Below are positions 39,907 through 49,853 of a stretch of DNA of 64,000 nucleotides, in pieces. Each line of letters opens with the position of its first letter. The stretch's first letter is position 1. Source of the stretch: Thermoplasmata archaeon (GTDB taxonomy: Archaea; Thermoplasmatota; Thermoplasmata; Thermoplasmatales; GCA-001856825); the NCBI GenBank assembly GCA_021792255.1, contig JAJYUZ010000001.1, forward strand, positions 352,001 through 416,000. Reading direction: 5' to 3'. The position numbers and the translations under genes are program-made. The notes under the pieces were generated by a model. It saw only the letters and a list, made by a program, of their open reading frames with translations. It searched no databases and was not told the origin of the DNA.

Positions 39907-40242
39907 ATGACTTCTATAGATTTGTTGAAAGATGTGGTAAAATCTCTGGATGGACTGCCTGATCTAAAGAAGGAAATAGTTTCAATCAACAAGACTTTTC
40001 AATTCAACGTCTCTGACGGTAGCCCGTTTTATGTCCACGCGGGCGATGGTGAGGTGGCGGTCAATGAGGGGACAAAAACGCCATCCGCAGCGACCATAAT
40101 AGCTTCTGAACAAGTTCTTACAGACCTTTTCACCGGAAAGCTCGATGGAGTCCAGGCTTTTATGCAAGGCAAACTCAAAATTAGCGGAGATATTTTCTCA
40201 GTCCAAAAACTGTCTTCTAGTATTCTTAAAGCTAGGAAGTGA
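39907..40242 (+). CDS. SCP2 sterol-carrier domain protein
   Basis: FTGKLDGVQAFMQGKLKISGD. Confidence 0.9.
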   Translation: MTSIDLLKDVVKSLDGLPDLKKEIVSINKTFQFNVSDGSPFYVHAGDGEVAVNEGTKTPSAATIIASEQVLTDLFTGKLDGVQAFMQGKLKISGDIFSVQKLSSSILKARK

Positions 40243-40246
40243 AAAA

Positions 40247-42238
40247 TTGAGAGTCACGGTCATCGGTTCGGGAGAGATGGGTAGAGGGATTGCTTTGGTT
40301 TTTGCTCAGTACGGAAATGATGTGATTTTGGAAGACTCAATACCAGCCGCATTGGAAAGAGGATCCAAGTACATTAAGGAAAACCTCGAGAAGATGGTAG
40401 AAAAGAGCATAATCAAGCAGGAAGAGAAGGAGAAGATACTGGGAAAGATAGCATATTCCTCGAACTTTGAAGATAGTGCCAAGAGTGCCGATCTTGTGGT
40501 TGAGGCAGTTCCAGAAGTTGTGGAGCTCAAACAAGAGATATTTTCAAAACTGGACAAGATATGCAAACCAGACTCGATTCTTGCAACCAACACATCTAAC
40601 ATCAAGATATCCGAAATCACCAAGAATCTGTCCAGAAAGGAGAGAGTGCTTGGAATGCACTTTTTCAATCCTGCGAACAGGATGAAGCTCGTGGAGATCA
40701 TAAGATCCGAAGCTACGAGCGATGCAAATTTCGAAAAGGCGGTCAAGATAGGCGAAAGCATTGGGAAAGTCCCAGTAAGGGTTCTTAAGGATTCTCCGGG
40801 ATTCATCGTGAACAGAATAAACGCGCCCGACATGCTGTTCTTCTGTTCGGTGATAGACAAAGGAATAGAAAAACCGGAGGAACTGGACTCATATGCAAAG
40901 GGCCAAGGTTTACCAATGGGTCCCTACGAACTGATGGACTTTGTGGGCCTTGATACCGTGGTGCACTCCCTTGATTATTACGCGGTCACAATATCCCCCG
41001 AATACAACAAGTGTACGTCTCTTCGTACCCTGGTGAAGGAAGGCAAGCTGGGAAAGAAGTCTGGAAAAGGTTTCTACGACTGGTCGTCCGGAAAGGCGTC
41101 CATTCCGAAGACAGAACCGTCCGAAAAGGTCACGATAATGGACATTTTTGCTATCGAAATTAACGAGGCGGTAAAGCTCATTGAGGAGGAAGTGGCACTT
41201 CCAGACGAAATTGAGAATGCAGTTAAGCTTGGTCTGAACAGACCATTCGGCCCCATTTCGGTCGCAAAGAGTATGACCAATGCAGAAGTAAAGAAGATGC
41301 TTGAAAAATTGAGCGAGTCTTACAACATTGAAGTCTTCAAACCTGCTGCATCCATTGTGAATGGTAAGTTAAAGGAAGTACTTTCAACCAAGGCATTTGC
41401 TCTGAAGGAAGGAGCCAAACCCATTGCCAGAACTGATGAAAAGAAGGAAAAAATAGAGACAAGTTATTCCACGCTGATAGTCGAAAAGAGGGACAAGCAC
41501 GTCGCAAGAATTCTGCTCAACAGACCTAGACACAACCTCATCAACTCTGACCTACTGAATGATCTGGAAAACGCCATCAAGGAGGTATGGAGTGACAACG
41601 AAATTCGAGTGTTGTTAATCACAGGGAAAGGCGAAACCTTTTCGGCTGGTGCAGAACTTTCACAATTCATACCAGGAGCGTTTGATTTTGTCGAATATTC
41701 TAGGAAGGGAGAAAGAATATTCAAGCTGCTTCAGGAAATTCCTAAGGTCGTGATAGCGGAGATCAAGGGATATGCCCTGGGTGGTGGTTTTGAAATGTCG
41801 CTCTCTGCGGACATACGTGTATCCACACCGGATGCACAGATGGGACTGCCGGAGGTTACGTTAGGCCTAATACCTGCGTGGTCCGGGAGCCAAAGACTGG
41901 CCAGACTGATCGGAAATTCAAGGGCACAGTACATGATACTTACGGGCAAGAGAATAACAGGTGAAGAAGCCAAAAACTTTGGGATCGTCTCGGAAATATT
42001 CCCGAAGGAGAGCATCGACGAAGGCGCGTTGGAAATGGCGGAAACGATTTCAATGAGCACCTCTCCAATAGCAGCCAGTCTTGCAAAGAGACTCATCAAT
42101 AGGGGAGCAGATGTGGCTTATGATTCTGGACTGGAGATGGAGGCTATGGCCGCAGGTATACTGTACGGAACTGAGGATATGAAAGAAGGCATCTCTGCCC
42201 TTCTTCAGAAGAGGAAACCGAGTTACCAGGGAAAGTGA
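40247..42238 (+). CDS. 3-hydroxyacyl-CoA dehydrogenase / enoyl-CoA hydratase fusion
   Basis: VIGSGEMG, EAVPE, ATNTS, GMHFFNP, ALGGGFE and LPEVTLGLIP. TTG start at 40247. Confidence 0.92.
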   Translation: MRVTVIGSGEMGRGIALVFAQYGNDVILEDSIPAALERGSKYIKENLEKMVEKSIIKQEEKEKILGKIAYSSNFEDSAKSADLVVEAVPEVVELKQEIFSKLDKICKPDSILATNTSNIKISEITKNLSRKERVLGMHFFNPANRMKLVEIIRSEATSDANFEKAVKIGESIGKVPVRVLKDSPGFIVNRINAPDMLFFCSVIDKGIEKPEELDSYAKGQGLPMGPYELMDFVGLDTVVHSLDYYAVTISPEYNKCTSLRTLVKEGKLGKKSGKGFYDWSSGKASIPKTEPSEKVTIMDIFAIEINEAVKLIEEEVALPDEIENAVKLGLNRPFGPISVAKSMTNAEVKKMLEKLSESYNIEVFKPAASIVNGKLKEVLSTKAFALKEGAKPIARTDEKKEKIETSYSTLIVEKRDKHVARILLNRPRHNLINSDLLNDLENAIKEVWSDNEIRVLLITGKGETFSAGAELSQFIPGAFDFVEYSRKGERIFKLLQEIPKVVIAEIKGYALGGGFEMSLSADIRVSTPDAQMGLPEVTLGLIPAWSGSQRLARLIGNSRAQYMILTGKRITGEEAKNFGIVSEIFPKESIDEGALEMAETISMSTSPIAASLAKRLINRGADVAYDSGLEMEAMAAGILYGTEDMKEGISALLQKRKPSYQGK

Positions 42239-42388
42239 AATATATCCTCAAACGACCAGCGGTGAATTCCATTCTATAACGAATAGTGGATATAATGTCT
42301 AGACTGCGTCTGCTCTGAGTCTTCAAAACGAGTACTCTAACGATAGAAGAAAGATAATATATATTATATGCCAATATAGAAGCGAATT

Positions 42389-44401
42389 ATGTACCTATTT
42401 TCTATCCTACTTCTGGTCGGTATATTGATTTCTGGCGGACTTTTTCTCTTCCAGGTATCCAGACTCCTCTGGAATATGGCAAGGGTTTCAACTAAAAAAA
42501 CTGCAATAGGCAAGAACGTCCTTTACAGAGTCTTTCTTGGTCTTAGGAATGTGATTTTTCAGGGCAAGCTATTCAAGGACTTCGGAGGGGGAATCATGCA
42601 TGCCTTGATGTTCTGGGGATTCCTTGCATTTGCTTTTTATTCCATCGACGTTTTCCTTACTGGATTAAATCCATCGTCGACATTCTTCCTTACTGGCTGG
42701 CCTGAGTATGCCATCTTTTTCACAGTCGATGTCTTCGCCATAATCGTAGTCGCAGACGTGGTCTATGCTGTGGTCAGGAGGTGGGTAGTGAGAGTGAAAA
42801 GGTATCAGGGGTACAACGGCTTTGAGGCCTCATTCATCCTCTTTCTGATAGCAAGTCTGATGGTCAGTTATTTGATTCTCTCCGCTCTTAGAATCGACGG
42901 ATACACGCATGGAATACCTGGAGAAGTCATGGGAAATCTTCCCGCTTCGGTCACCCCGATCAGTGCCATTGTAGCCTCTATAATTCCATCCATTTCGCTT
43001 TCATCAGCGGTCGATCTCTACTGGTCAATCTGGTCATTCCACGTAATCATTTTCCTAGTATTTCTAGCGTACATTCCTTCGTCTAAGCATCTCCACCTTG
43101 TGGCAGCCCCGTTCAACGTCCTGCTTACAGATGAAAAGCCAAGGGGCCAGCTTTCCTACATAGATTTTGAAAAGGAGACAAAGTTTGGGGCGACGGACAT
43201 AAGGGACTTTAGCTGGAAGGACTACCTCGACTTTTATTCCTGTACCGAGTGCGGACGATGCACCGCAGCCTGTCCTGCAAACCTTACCGGAAAGACGCTC
43301 TCTCCGAGAGACATAATCTGGGATCTGAGGATGGCCCTTTTGGATCAGGGAAACGAAATAAGGCGCCACGACAAGAGTAAGCCAGACGAGGTCTTCAAGA
43401 CTGTACTGAACAACGTCATCAAAGAGGAGGATCTGTGGTCCTGTACCACCTGCAGCGCGTGCGTTGAAGAATGTCCGGTTATGATAAACCACGTCGACAA
43501 GATCGTCGATATGAGAAGGTCCCTGGTTCTCAATCAGGGCAGCGCTCCAAAGGGTATTACGGACATGTACGCCAACATGGAATCCTACCAGAGTCCTTGG
43601 ACGAATGACCCATCGACGAGAGCGGACTGGGCAAAGGGTCTAAACGTACCCGACTTATCAAAGAATCCTGGTCAGAAATTCGAGTACCTCTTCTGGGTGG
43701 GCTGCTCTGGCAGCTACGACCCAAGAAACCAAGAGATTTCCAAAGCTCTCGTAAAAGTATTCGAGAAAGCTGGCGTCTCATATGCCATCCTGGGAACGGA
43801 AGAGAAATGCACGGGCGATCCGGCTAGGAGATCCGGAAATGAATACCAATTCCAATCTCTGCAGACACAAAATGTCGAGACCTTCCAGAAGTACGGTGTG
43901 AAGAAGGTAGTGACGATGTGCCCTCACTGTTTCAACACTTTCAAGAACGAATACAATACGAAAGTGAATTTGGAAGTGGTACACCACACAGAATTCATCG
44001 ATTCCCTACTCAAAGAAGGAAAAATTTCTTTGAAGGAGAAAACGGAGACTGAGAAATTCACCTATCACGACTCTTGCTATCTCGGAAGATACAACAGAGT
44101 TTTTGACGCCCCTAGAAACATCATCGGAAGGGTGACCTCAAACTACCAAGAGATGGAGATGAACAAGACAAAGGGTCTCTGTTGCGGAGCAGGAGGTGCG
44201 AGAATGTGGATGGAAGAGAATGTAGGAACGAAGATATCGCACAAAAGGATCGAGCAAGCCGATAAGATAAATGCGTCTGTAGTAGTGACAGCCTGCCCTT
44301 ACTGCATGTCTATGCTAGACGATGCAAGGAAAGTGACTAACAAAGAAGAGAAAATGAAAGTCAAGGATATTGCAGAGCTGGTCGCAGAAAACCTGTCATA
44401 G
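42389..44401 (+). CDS. Membrane Fe-S oxidoreductase, FadF / ETF:quinone oxidoreductase (EMO)-like
   Basis: Five-TM cytochrome b-like N-terminus with His residues, two CxxCxxCxxxCP motifs and CCG domains (YHDSCYLGR, CCGAGG). Confidence 0.85.
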   Translation: MYLFSILLLVGILISGGLFLFQVSRLLWNMARVSTKKTAIGKNVLYRVFLGLRNVIFQGKLFKDFGGGIMHALMFWGFLAFAFYSIDVFLTGLNPSSTFFLTGWPEYAIFFTVDVFAIIVVADVVYAVVRRWVVRVKRYQGYNGFEASFILFLIASLMVSYLILSALRIDGYTHGIPGEVMGNLPASVTPISAIVASIIPSISLSSAVDLYWSIWSFHVIIFLVFLAYIPSSKHLHLVAAPFNVLLTDEKPRGQLSYIDFEKETKFGATDIRDFSWKDYLDFYSCTECGRCTAACPANLTGKTLSPRDIIWDLRMALLDQGNEIRRHDKSKPDEVFKTVLNNVIKEEDLWSCTTCSACVEECPVMINHVDKIVDMRRSLVLNQGSAPKGITDMYANMESYQSPWTNDPSTRADWAKGLNVPDLSKNPGQKFEYLFWVGCSGSYDPRNQEISKALVKVFEKAGVSYAILGTEEKCTGDPARRSGNEYQFQSLQTQNVETFQKYGVKKVVTMCPHCFNTFKNEYNTKVNLEVVHHTEFIDSLLKEGKISLKEKTETEKFTYHDSCYLGRYNRVFDAPRNIIGRVTSNYQEMEMNKTKGLCCGAGGARMWMEENVGTKISHKRIEQADKINASVVVTACPYCMSMLDDARKVTNKEEKMKVKDIAELVAENLS

Positions 44402-45283
44402 GTGTGACATAATTTTCGGAACCACTTGATAGAGGTCTCCTACGATACCGTAGTCGGCTTCTTGGAAGATGGGTGCGTTCTTGTCTTTGTTGACTGCTAC
44501 TACCACCTTTGAGCCTCTCATTCCAGCTATGTGCTGTATTTGCCCAGAAATCCCGAGGGCTACGTAGACCTTTGGCTTGACCGTTCTACCAGAGTACCCA
44601 ACCTGTCTGTCTTCTGACAACCAGTGGTAATCTAGGCATACCGGTCTTGATCCCGCAAATTCTCCTTTCACTGCTTTGACGAATGGATCTATCTGTTGGA
44701 TTCCCTCCTTCTTTCCTAACCCTCTACCAACGGCGACTATTATATTCGCCTTCTCCAGATTGACTTCCTTTTCTTTTTTCATTTCGATTTCAAGGATCTT
44801 GACCGCCCCTTCTGGAATACTCCTCGTCTCTTTGGGAGAAACCCCGTCACCCGGAACGTCTTCGGAGATCCCGGTGAGAAAAGTGAAAACTTTGGATTTG
44901 GATTCCTCCTCCAAAACTGCCTTCCCACCGAGTCCGTACCTTTTCGTTATGACCGTGGTTTCGTTGAATTTTAGGTCAAATATTTCTGGAGTGACTTCGA
45001 GTGACTTCTGACCGGAAAATAGTGATGCTATATCCCTTCCAAGCACAGTAGATGCTATCAAAATATAGTCATAACCTCCGTTCGAAAATTCATCAGAAAG
45101 AATTGAAGCGATTCCCTTAGGATCTGGTTTCCCTTCTAGGAGGAGGACTTTTTGTGCACCATACTTTGAAATGGACTCATTCCTCTCGGTTGATGAGAGA
45201 ACGAAATCTCCTTTTCCTCTCAGGAAGGTCATTACCTGTTTCGCGCTATCTTCGCTGTCAGAGAATATCAAGAATTTCATCAC
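44396..45283 (-). CDS. etfA: Electron transfer flavoprotein alpha subunit
   Basis: GRG, SRP, QVGYSG, GISGQIQH and NKDKNAPIF. Confidence 0.93.
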   Translation of the reverse strand: MMKFLIFSDSEDSAKQVMTFLRGKGDFVLSSTERNESISKYGAQKVLLLEGKPDPKGIASILSDEFSNGGYDYILIASTVLGRDIASLFSGQKSLEVTPEIFDLKFNETTVITKRYGLGGKAVLEEESKSKVFTFLTGISEDVPGDGVSPKETRSIPEGAVKILEIEMKKEKEVNLEKANIIVAVGRGLGKKEGIQQIDPFVKAVKGEFAGSRPVCLDYHWLSEDRQVGYSGRTVKPKVYVALGISGQIQHIAGMRGSKVVVAVNKDKNAPIFQEADYGIVGDLYQVVPKIMSHL

Positions 45284-46026
45284 ATGGCCTCCTTTAACAC
45301 TTTAGCTACTTCTTGTGCTCCCTTGTCAACGTCCTCGAACGTCAATCTCTTTCTGTCGCTCTTTGGGGCTTTCCTGGAAATCGTCCTGAAGGTACTATCT
45401 AACTTGATGGAAGATTGTTCAGTGTTTATGGCCTTCTTTCCAGCCTTGATAATTTGCAGCACTGGTGGAAATCTAGGCTCGTTCGTTTCTTGGGTTACGG
45501 AGATGACTACTGGCATTGAAGTTTCTAATTTGATTACCTCTTTTTCAGTAGCTGTGCTCGCCTTCACAATCTTTTCTGCAGTATCAATGGAGATTACGTT
45601 AGGCAATAACGGAACGTTCAACTCGGTCGCTACTAATCCAGGCAATAAGCCGCTCATAGAGTCAGCCGACTGATTTCCAAGCACCACGAGATCGTAGTGC
45701 AGTTGCTTTATCTTTTGGGCTAGCACCTTTGCAGTTAGAGTTGGATTGTTCCCAGTGTATCCGGTTATGAGGTATCCATCGTCCACCCCCATGGCATACG
45801 CCTCTTTCATTACCTGGGTTCCCCTCTCATTCCCAAAAAGTATGGCCGATACCTTCCCCCCATTCTTCTCCTTGATCCTAACAGCAGCCTCCACAGAATT
45901 CTTGCTTAGGTTCTCTAGCTTGAAAGGCACTCCTTCGGTTATAGGTTCTCCCGTCGTTTGATCCACTTTTACAAGTTCTAAATCAGGGATTTGTTTAATA
46001 AGCACGATGATGTCGTATGGCATCAC
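45280..46026 (-). CDS. etfB: Electron transfer flavoprotein beta subunit
   Basis: IKQIPD, AMGVD, GNQSAD and NEPR. Confidence 0.92.
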   Translation of the reverse strand: MMPYDIIVLIKQIPDLELVKVDQTTGEPITEGVPFKLENLSKNSVEAAVRIKEKNGGKVSAILFGNERGTQVMKEAYAMGVDDGYLITGYTGNNPTLTAKVLAQKIKQLHYDLVVLGNQSADSMSGLLPGLVATELNVPLLPNVISIDTAEKIVKASTATEKEVIKLETSMPVVISVTQETNEPRFPPVLQIIKAGKKAINTEQSSIKLDSTFRTISRKAPKSDRKRLTFEDVDKGAQEVAKVLKEAM

Positions 46027-46341
46027 AAACCACCGTTTCTGTTATGCGCTCTTACAATATTATCCTTGCTTTCAGCCAGAAGATTTAGAATTCACTTTTG
46101 AAGCGTGCTTCAGACTCGCCGAACAATTCGCCTTCTGAATCGACAGCAAACAGACTTAACTCAAGATAGGACATCGCTACCCGATTGGTGACTTTTAAAG
46201 CGTCCTGTTGTTTGACAGTGGTCATGAGAAGTCGGATCAATCCGCCAATAAGGATGCCTAAAATATTTAGTCGATGCTCAACGGCGTGGCACAGACGTTA
46301 AAGGATTATATATTCGTCTTGATTCTTTAAGTGTAATACTT

Positions 46342-47532
46342 ATGCAAAATAATGAAGTCTATTTGGTCTATTACAAAAGAACCCCATTTTCAAAGTCCAA
46401 ACCTAGCGATCCTACGAAGGATGTTTTTAATAGTATCCGTATGGACGAAGCTCTTGCAGAACTAATGAAAGATTCTGTAAAGACGACCGGTGTGAAATCG
46501 ACCGAAATAAATGACGTCATCCTAGGCTCCGCATTACAAGTTGGGGAGAACTGGATGTACGGCGGAAGACAGCCGGTCTTGCTCGCGGGGTTTCCTGTGG
46601 AAGTTCCCGCAATGGCAATGGACAGGGCGTGCTCATCATCGCTGAATGCAATTACCATTGGTGCAATGGAAATAATGACCGGCAACTCTGAAATTGTCCT
46701 CGCCGGCGGGATGGAACATATGACACACGTTCCGCTCAGTGACAACCAGATGGTCAGCCCTAACCTCAAGTTGCTCCTCAGACCGGAGTACATGAAATAC
46801 GACATGAAGACCGCTTTCAGCATGGGATTGACCGCCGAAAAACTGGCAAAAATGAAAGGAATTCCCAGAGAAGAGATGGATCAGTTTTCATATGAAAGTC
46901 ACAAACTGGCTTCTCAGGCACAAGATAGTGGTTACTTCAAGGACGAAATACTACCGACCGAGGTTGAGTTCGAAGGGGAAACCAAAATTATTGATAAAGA
47001 TCAGAGCATAAGAAAAGATATCTCGATTGAGACGGTGAAAAAACTTCCTCCCGCTTTCAAGGAAGGAGGAGTTATCACTGCTGGAAATTCATCTCCACTA
47101 AACGCAGGTGCTTCTCTTGTAATGTTGGTGTCTGGAAAAAAGGTCAAAGAGTACGGCCTAAAACCTCTTTCAAAAGTGAGCACATTTGGCTGGGCAGCCG
47201 TCGATCCATCGATAATGGGAGAGGGTCCTGTACCTGCATCAAAAAAACTTCTAGCAAAAGCGGGACTGACTTCAGACGATATAGACCTATGGGAAATAAA
47301 TGAGGCGTTTGCAGTCGTAGTGCTGAATGCAATGAAAGAGCTGAACATCTCTAGGAACAAGGTCAACGTTAAAGGAGGAGCGATAGCAATAGGGCACCCG
47401 CTTGGAGCTTCCGGAGCGAGACTTGCTGGGACACTGTCACGACTCCTGAACACGAACGGAAAGGAGAAAGGTATTGCTACCCTTTGCGTAGGTGGAGGAC
47501 AAGGATATTCTGTACTTTTAGAGAAGGTGTAA
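46342..47532 (+). CDS. Acetyl-CoA acyltransferase (thiolase)
   Basis: RACSSS, NEAFA, GHPLGASG and CVGGGQG. Confidence 0.95.
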   Translation: MQNNEVYLVYYKRTPFSKSKPSDPTKDVFNSIRMDEALAELMKDSVKTTGVKSTEINDVILGSALQVGENWMYGGRQPVLLAGFPVEVPAMAMDRACSSSLNAITIGAMEIMTGNSEIVLAGGMEHMTHVPLSDNQMVSPNLKLLLRPEYMKYDMKTAFSMGLTAEKLAKMKGIPREEMDQFSYESHKLASQAQDSGYFKDEILPTEVEFEGETKIIDKDQSIRKDISIETVKKLPPAFKEGGVITAGNSSPLNAGASLVMLVSGKKVKEYGLKPLSKVSTFGWAAVDPSIMGEGPVPASKKLLAKAGLTSDDIDLWEINEAFAVVVLNAMKELNISRNKVNVKGGAIAIGHPLGASGARLAGTLSRLLNTNGKEKGIATLCVGGGQGYSVLLEKV

Positions 47533-47534
47533 AA

Positions 47535-48662
47535 ATGGATTTTGAATTAAGTGATGATGTAAAAGGGGCCATCGCAAGGGCCAAGGATTTTGCTGACAAA
47601 TATTTCACCGAAGAGATTGCTGAAAGGGCGGATTCGGAGGAGCAATTTCCATCCGATATTGTAGCGATTTCTAAAAAAGAGAAGATACTCGATTTCTCAA
47701 ACCCGTGGCAAGTTCTTGTTACAATAGAGGAACTAGTCAGAAGAGACCCAGGACTGGGAATATCTGTAACCATTTCGGCTTTTGGTGCTGAGATCTTCAT
47801 GTTCTTTGGAAACGATGCTCAAAAGGAGAAGTACATGAATCCAGTCTTTGCCGGGAAAAAGTCTCTCGGTCTCGGCGTAACAGAGGCTAGTGGTGGTTCA
47901 GATGTTGCGAGCATCACGACTGAAGCCAAACTTGACGGGGATTCCTATATTCTGAATGGCGGAAAGATGTTCATAAGCAATGGGCAGATCGCAGACAACT
48001 TCCTCGTACTTGCAAGGACCAGTCCTGCGCCATCTCCAGAAAAGAAACACAGAGGACTGAGCGTTTTCGTGGTCGATGCAAAATCGCCTGGATTTGGTAT
48101 AAACAAGCTTCACGGAAAGCTTGGTGTAAGAGCCACTAATACTGCAGAACTCATCTTCGATAATGTGAGGGTACCAAAAGAAAATATGGTCGGAGAGGAA
48201 GGGAAGGGATTCTACTACATTATGACCTTTTTCAATATAAGCAGAATATACGTTGCTGCACAGGGCCTTGGTATTGCCCACGGAGCTCTGGATCGACTTA
48301 TCGAGTACTCAAAGAAGTACGCTGATCACTCCGAAACGGGGGAACTGAAAGAGGACATGCAACTAGCTATTGCGGAAATAGCGACAAGAGTAGAAGCAAC
48401 TCGAAACATCACCTATAAGGCAGCCTCTTACCTATTCAAATTCACACCAAATCCGATCGTGACTAGCATGGCAAAGTTCTATGCTGCAGAATCCGCAGTG
48501 TTCTCAACCCAGAAGGCCATGGAACTGATGTCGCTACACGGACTGACGAGTGATCTGGAGAGATTCTTCAGAGACGCCAAAATTCTCGACATTTGGGAAG
48601 GTACCACTGAGGTAGAGAAACTTATAATCACGAGGATGATGCTGAAGGAAGGAGGAGCGTGA
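47535..48662 (+). CDS. Acyl-CoA dehydrogenase
   Basis: TEASGGSD, KMFISNG, KLGVRA and IWEGTTE. Confidence 0.92.
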   Translation: MDFELSDDVKGAIARAKDFADKYFTEEIAERADSEEQFPSDIVAISKKEKILDFSNPWQVLVTIEELVRRDPGLGISVTISAFGAEIFMFFGNDAQKEKYMNPVFAGKKSLGLGVTEASGGSDVASITTEAKLDGDSYILNGGKMFISNGQIADNFLVLARTSPAPSPEKKHRGLSVFVVDAKSPGFGINKLHGKLGVRATNTAELIFDNVRVPKENMVGEEGKGFYYIMTFFNISRIYVAAQGLGIAHGALDRLIEYSKKYADHSETGELKEDMQLAIAEIATRVEATRNITYKAASYLFKFTPNPIVTSMAKFYAAESAVFSTQKAMELMSLHGLTSDLERFFRDAKILDIWEGTTEVEKLIITRMMLKEGGA

Positions 48663-48667
48663 CCTAG

Positions 48668-49705
48668 ATGGAAGAAGAGTACGAAATTCTAGAAAATACT
48701 GTTAAAGATTTCAATACCAAGTATGTGGACAACAATTCGATGAAACTCGAAAACGATGAGATGGGAAAGGAGTTTGTCAAGATGCTGGCTGATCAGGGGT
48801 TCCTTTCAATGACTTATCAGCCGGGAGCAGGCAAGAATACAGACATCAAAGCGTTCTCAATTGTTCTTGAAAATCTTGCCAAGTCAGCTCCGGCAATATC
48901 TCTGAAGACCCTGCTTACAAATTCGTTCTTGAGCATAGTGAATGAACAAAGCATTCTTGATGAAGTCGCAAAAGGTGAGAAGTCGGGGACCGTCACCTTT
49001 TCTGATCTCCTGGTTGGTAAGGGTCAAAATGGTAAGCTTTTGATCGAAAATAACAGAGTCAAAGGAGAAAAACAATTCGTGCTTGGAAGCGATTCCGATT
49101 TCATCGTGACAACTTTAGATACTGGAGAACTGGTCTTACTCAGATCCGGATTTAAGGTAGGAAAGAAACACAAGAGGTTGGGATTCAGGAGTGTAGGATT
49201 CGCTAGCATTGTTGTAGACTCTGACGATTTCAAGGTAATAGATAAGGATGGAACAAGGATGCTCCAAAAATTGTACGAAGATCTTTCCGTTCCTGTCGCA
49301 GCGATGTCCCTGGGAATGAGCGAAGGAGTGTCTCAAAAAGCTCTTGATTATGCAAAGGTCAGAACTGCTTTCGGGCATTACCTGAAAGACTTCCAACCGC
49401 TAGCCTTTGAGTTGACTTCTCAGATCGCGGAAATGGAGATCCTGAAGAAGTATTTCCACGACATTGTTTCCTCCACCGTCAATCAGAAGGAGGCGATGTT
49501 TCTGAAGGTCAAGGCCCTAGCTCTTGCAAAGGACATCAGCAAAACGTCGCTCCAGATTCATGGAGGCTATGGTTATCTTGAAGACTTTGGAGTCGAGAAA
49601 TTCTACAGAGATTCAATGGCACTATCGGTCCTGTTCCACCACGAAGAAAAGGACATGGAGAAGCTCTCGGGAATGGTCTTTGAATCAAGGGCGGGGTTCG
49701 TCTAA
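48668..49705 (+). CDS. Degenerate acyl-CoA dehydrogenase subunit
   Basis: Retains R.AFG..L.DFQ, QIHGGYGY and VEKFYRD. Lacks TEP..GSD and the YEG motif. Confidence 0.8.
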   Translation: MEEEYEILENTVKDFNTKYVDNNSMKLENDEMGKEFVKMLADQGFLSMTYQPGAGKNTDIKAFSIVLENLAKSAPAISLKTLLTNSFLSIVNEQSILDEVAKGEKSGTVTFSDLLVGKGQNGKLLIENNRVKGEKQFVLGSDSDFIVTTLDTGELVLLRSGFKVGKKHKRLGFRSVGFASIVVDSDDFKVIDKDGTRMLQKLYEDLSVPVAAMSLGMSEGVSQKALDYAKVRTAFGHYLKDFQPLAFELTSQIAEMEILKKYFHDIVSSTVNQKEAMFLKVKALALAKDISKTSLQIHGGYGYLEDFGVEKFYRDSMALSVLFHHEEKDMEKLSGMVFESRAGFV

Positions 49706-49853
49706 GGTACTGGTTTACGATTTGAAACTGAATCACTTCGTGATGGTCGTCATGAAGTGATTTACTCTTTTTTGTAAATATTCAGTAACGGGAATTAGCC
49801 ACAGCTCGAGCGTTCAATTGAAGGAATACGCCAATTTGTTCAACTCTGCAGCG

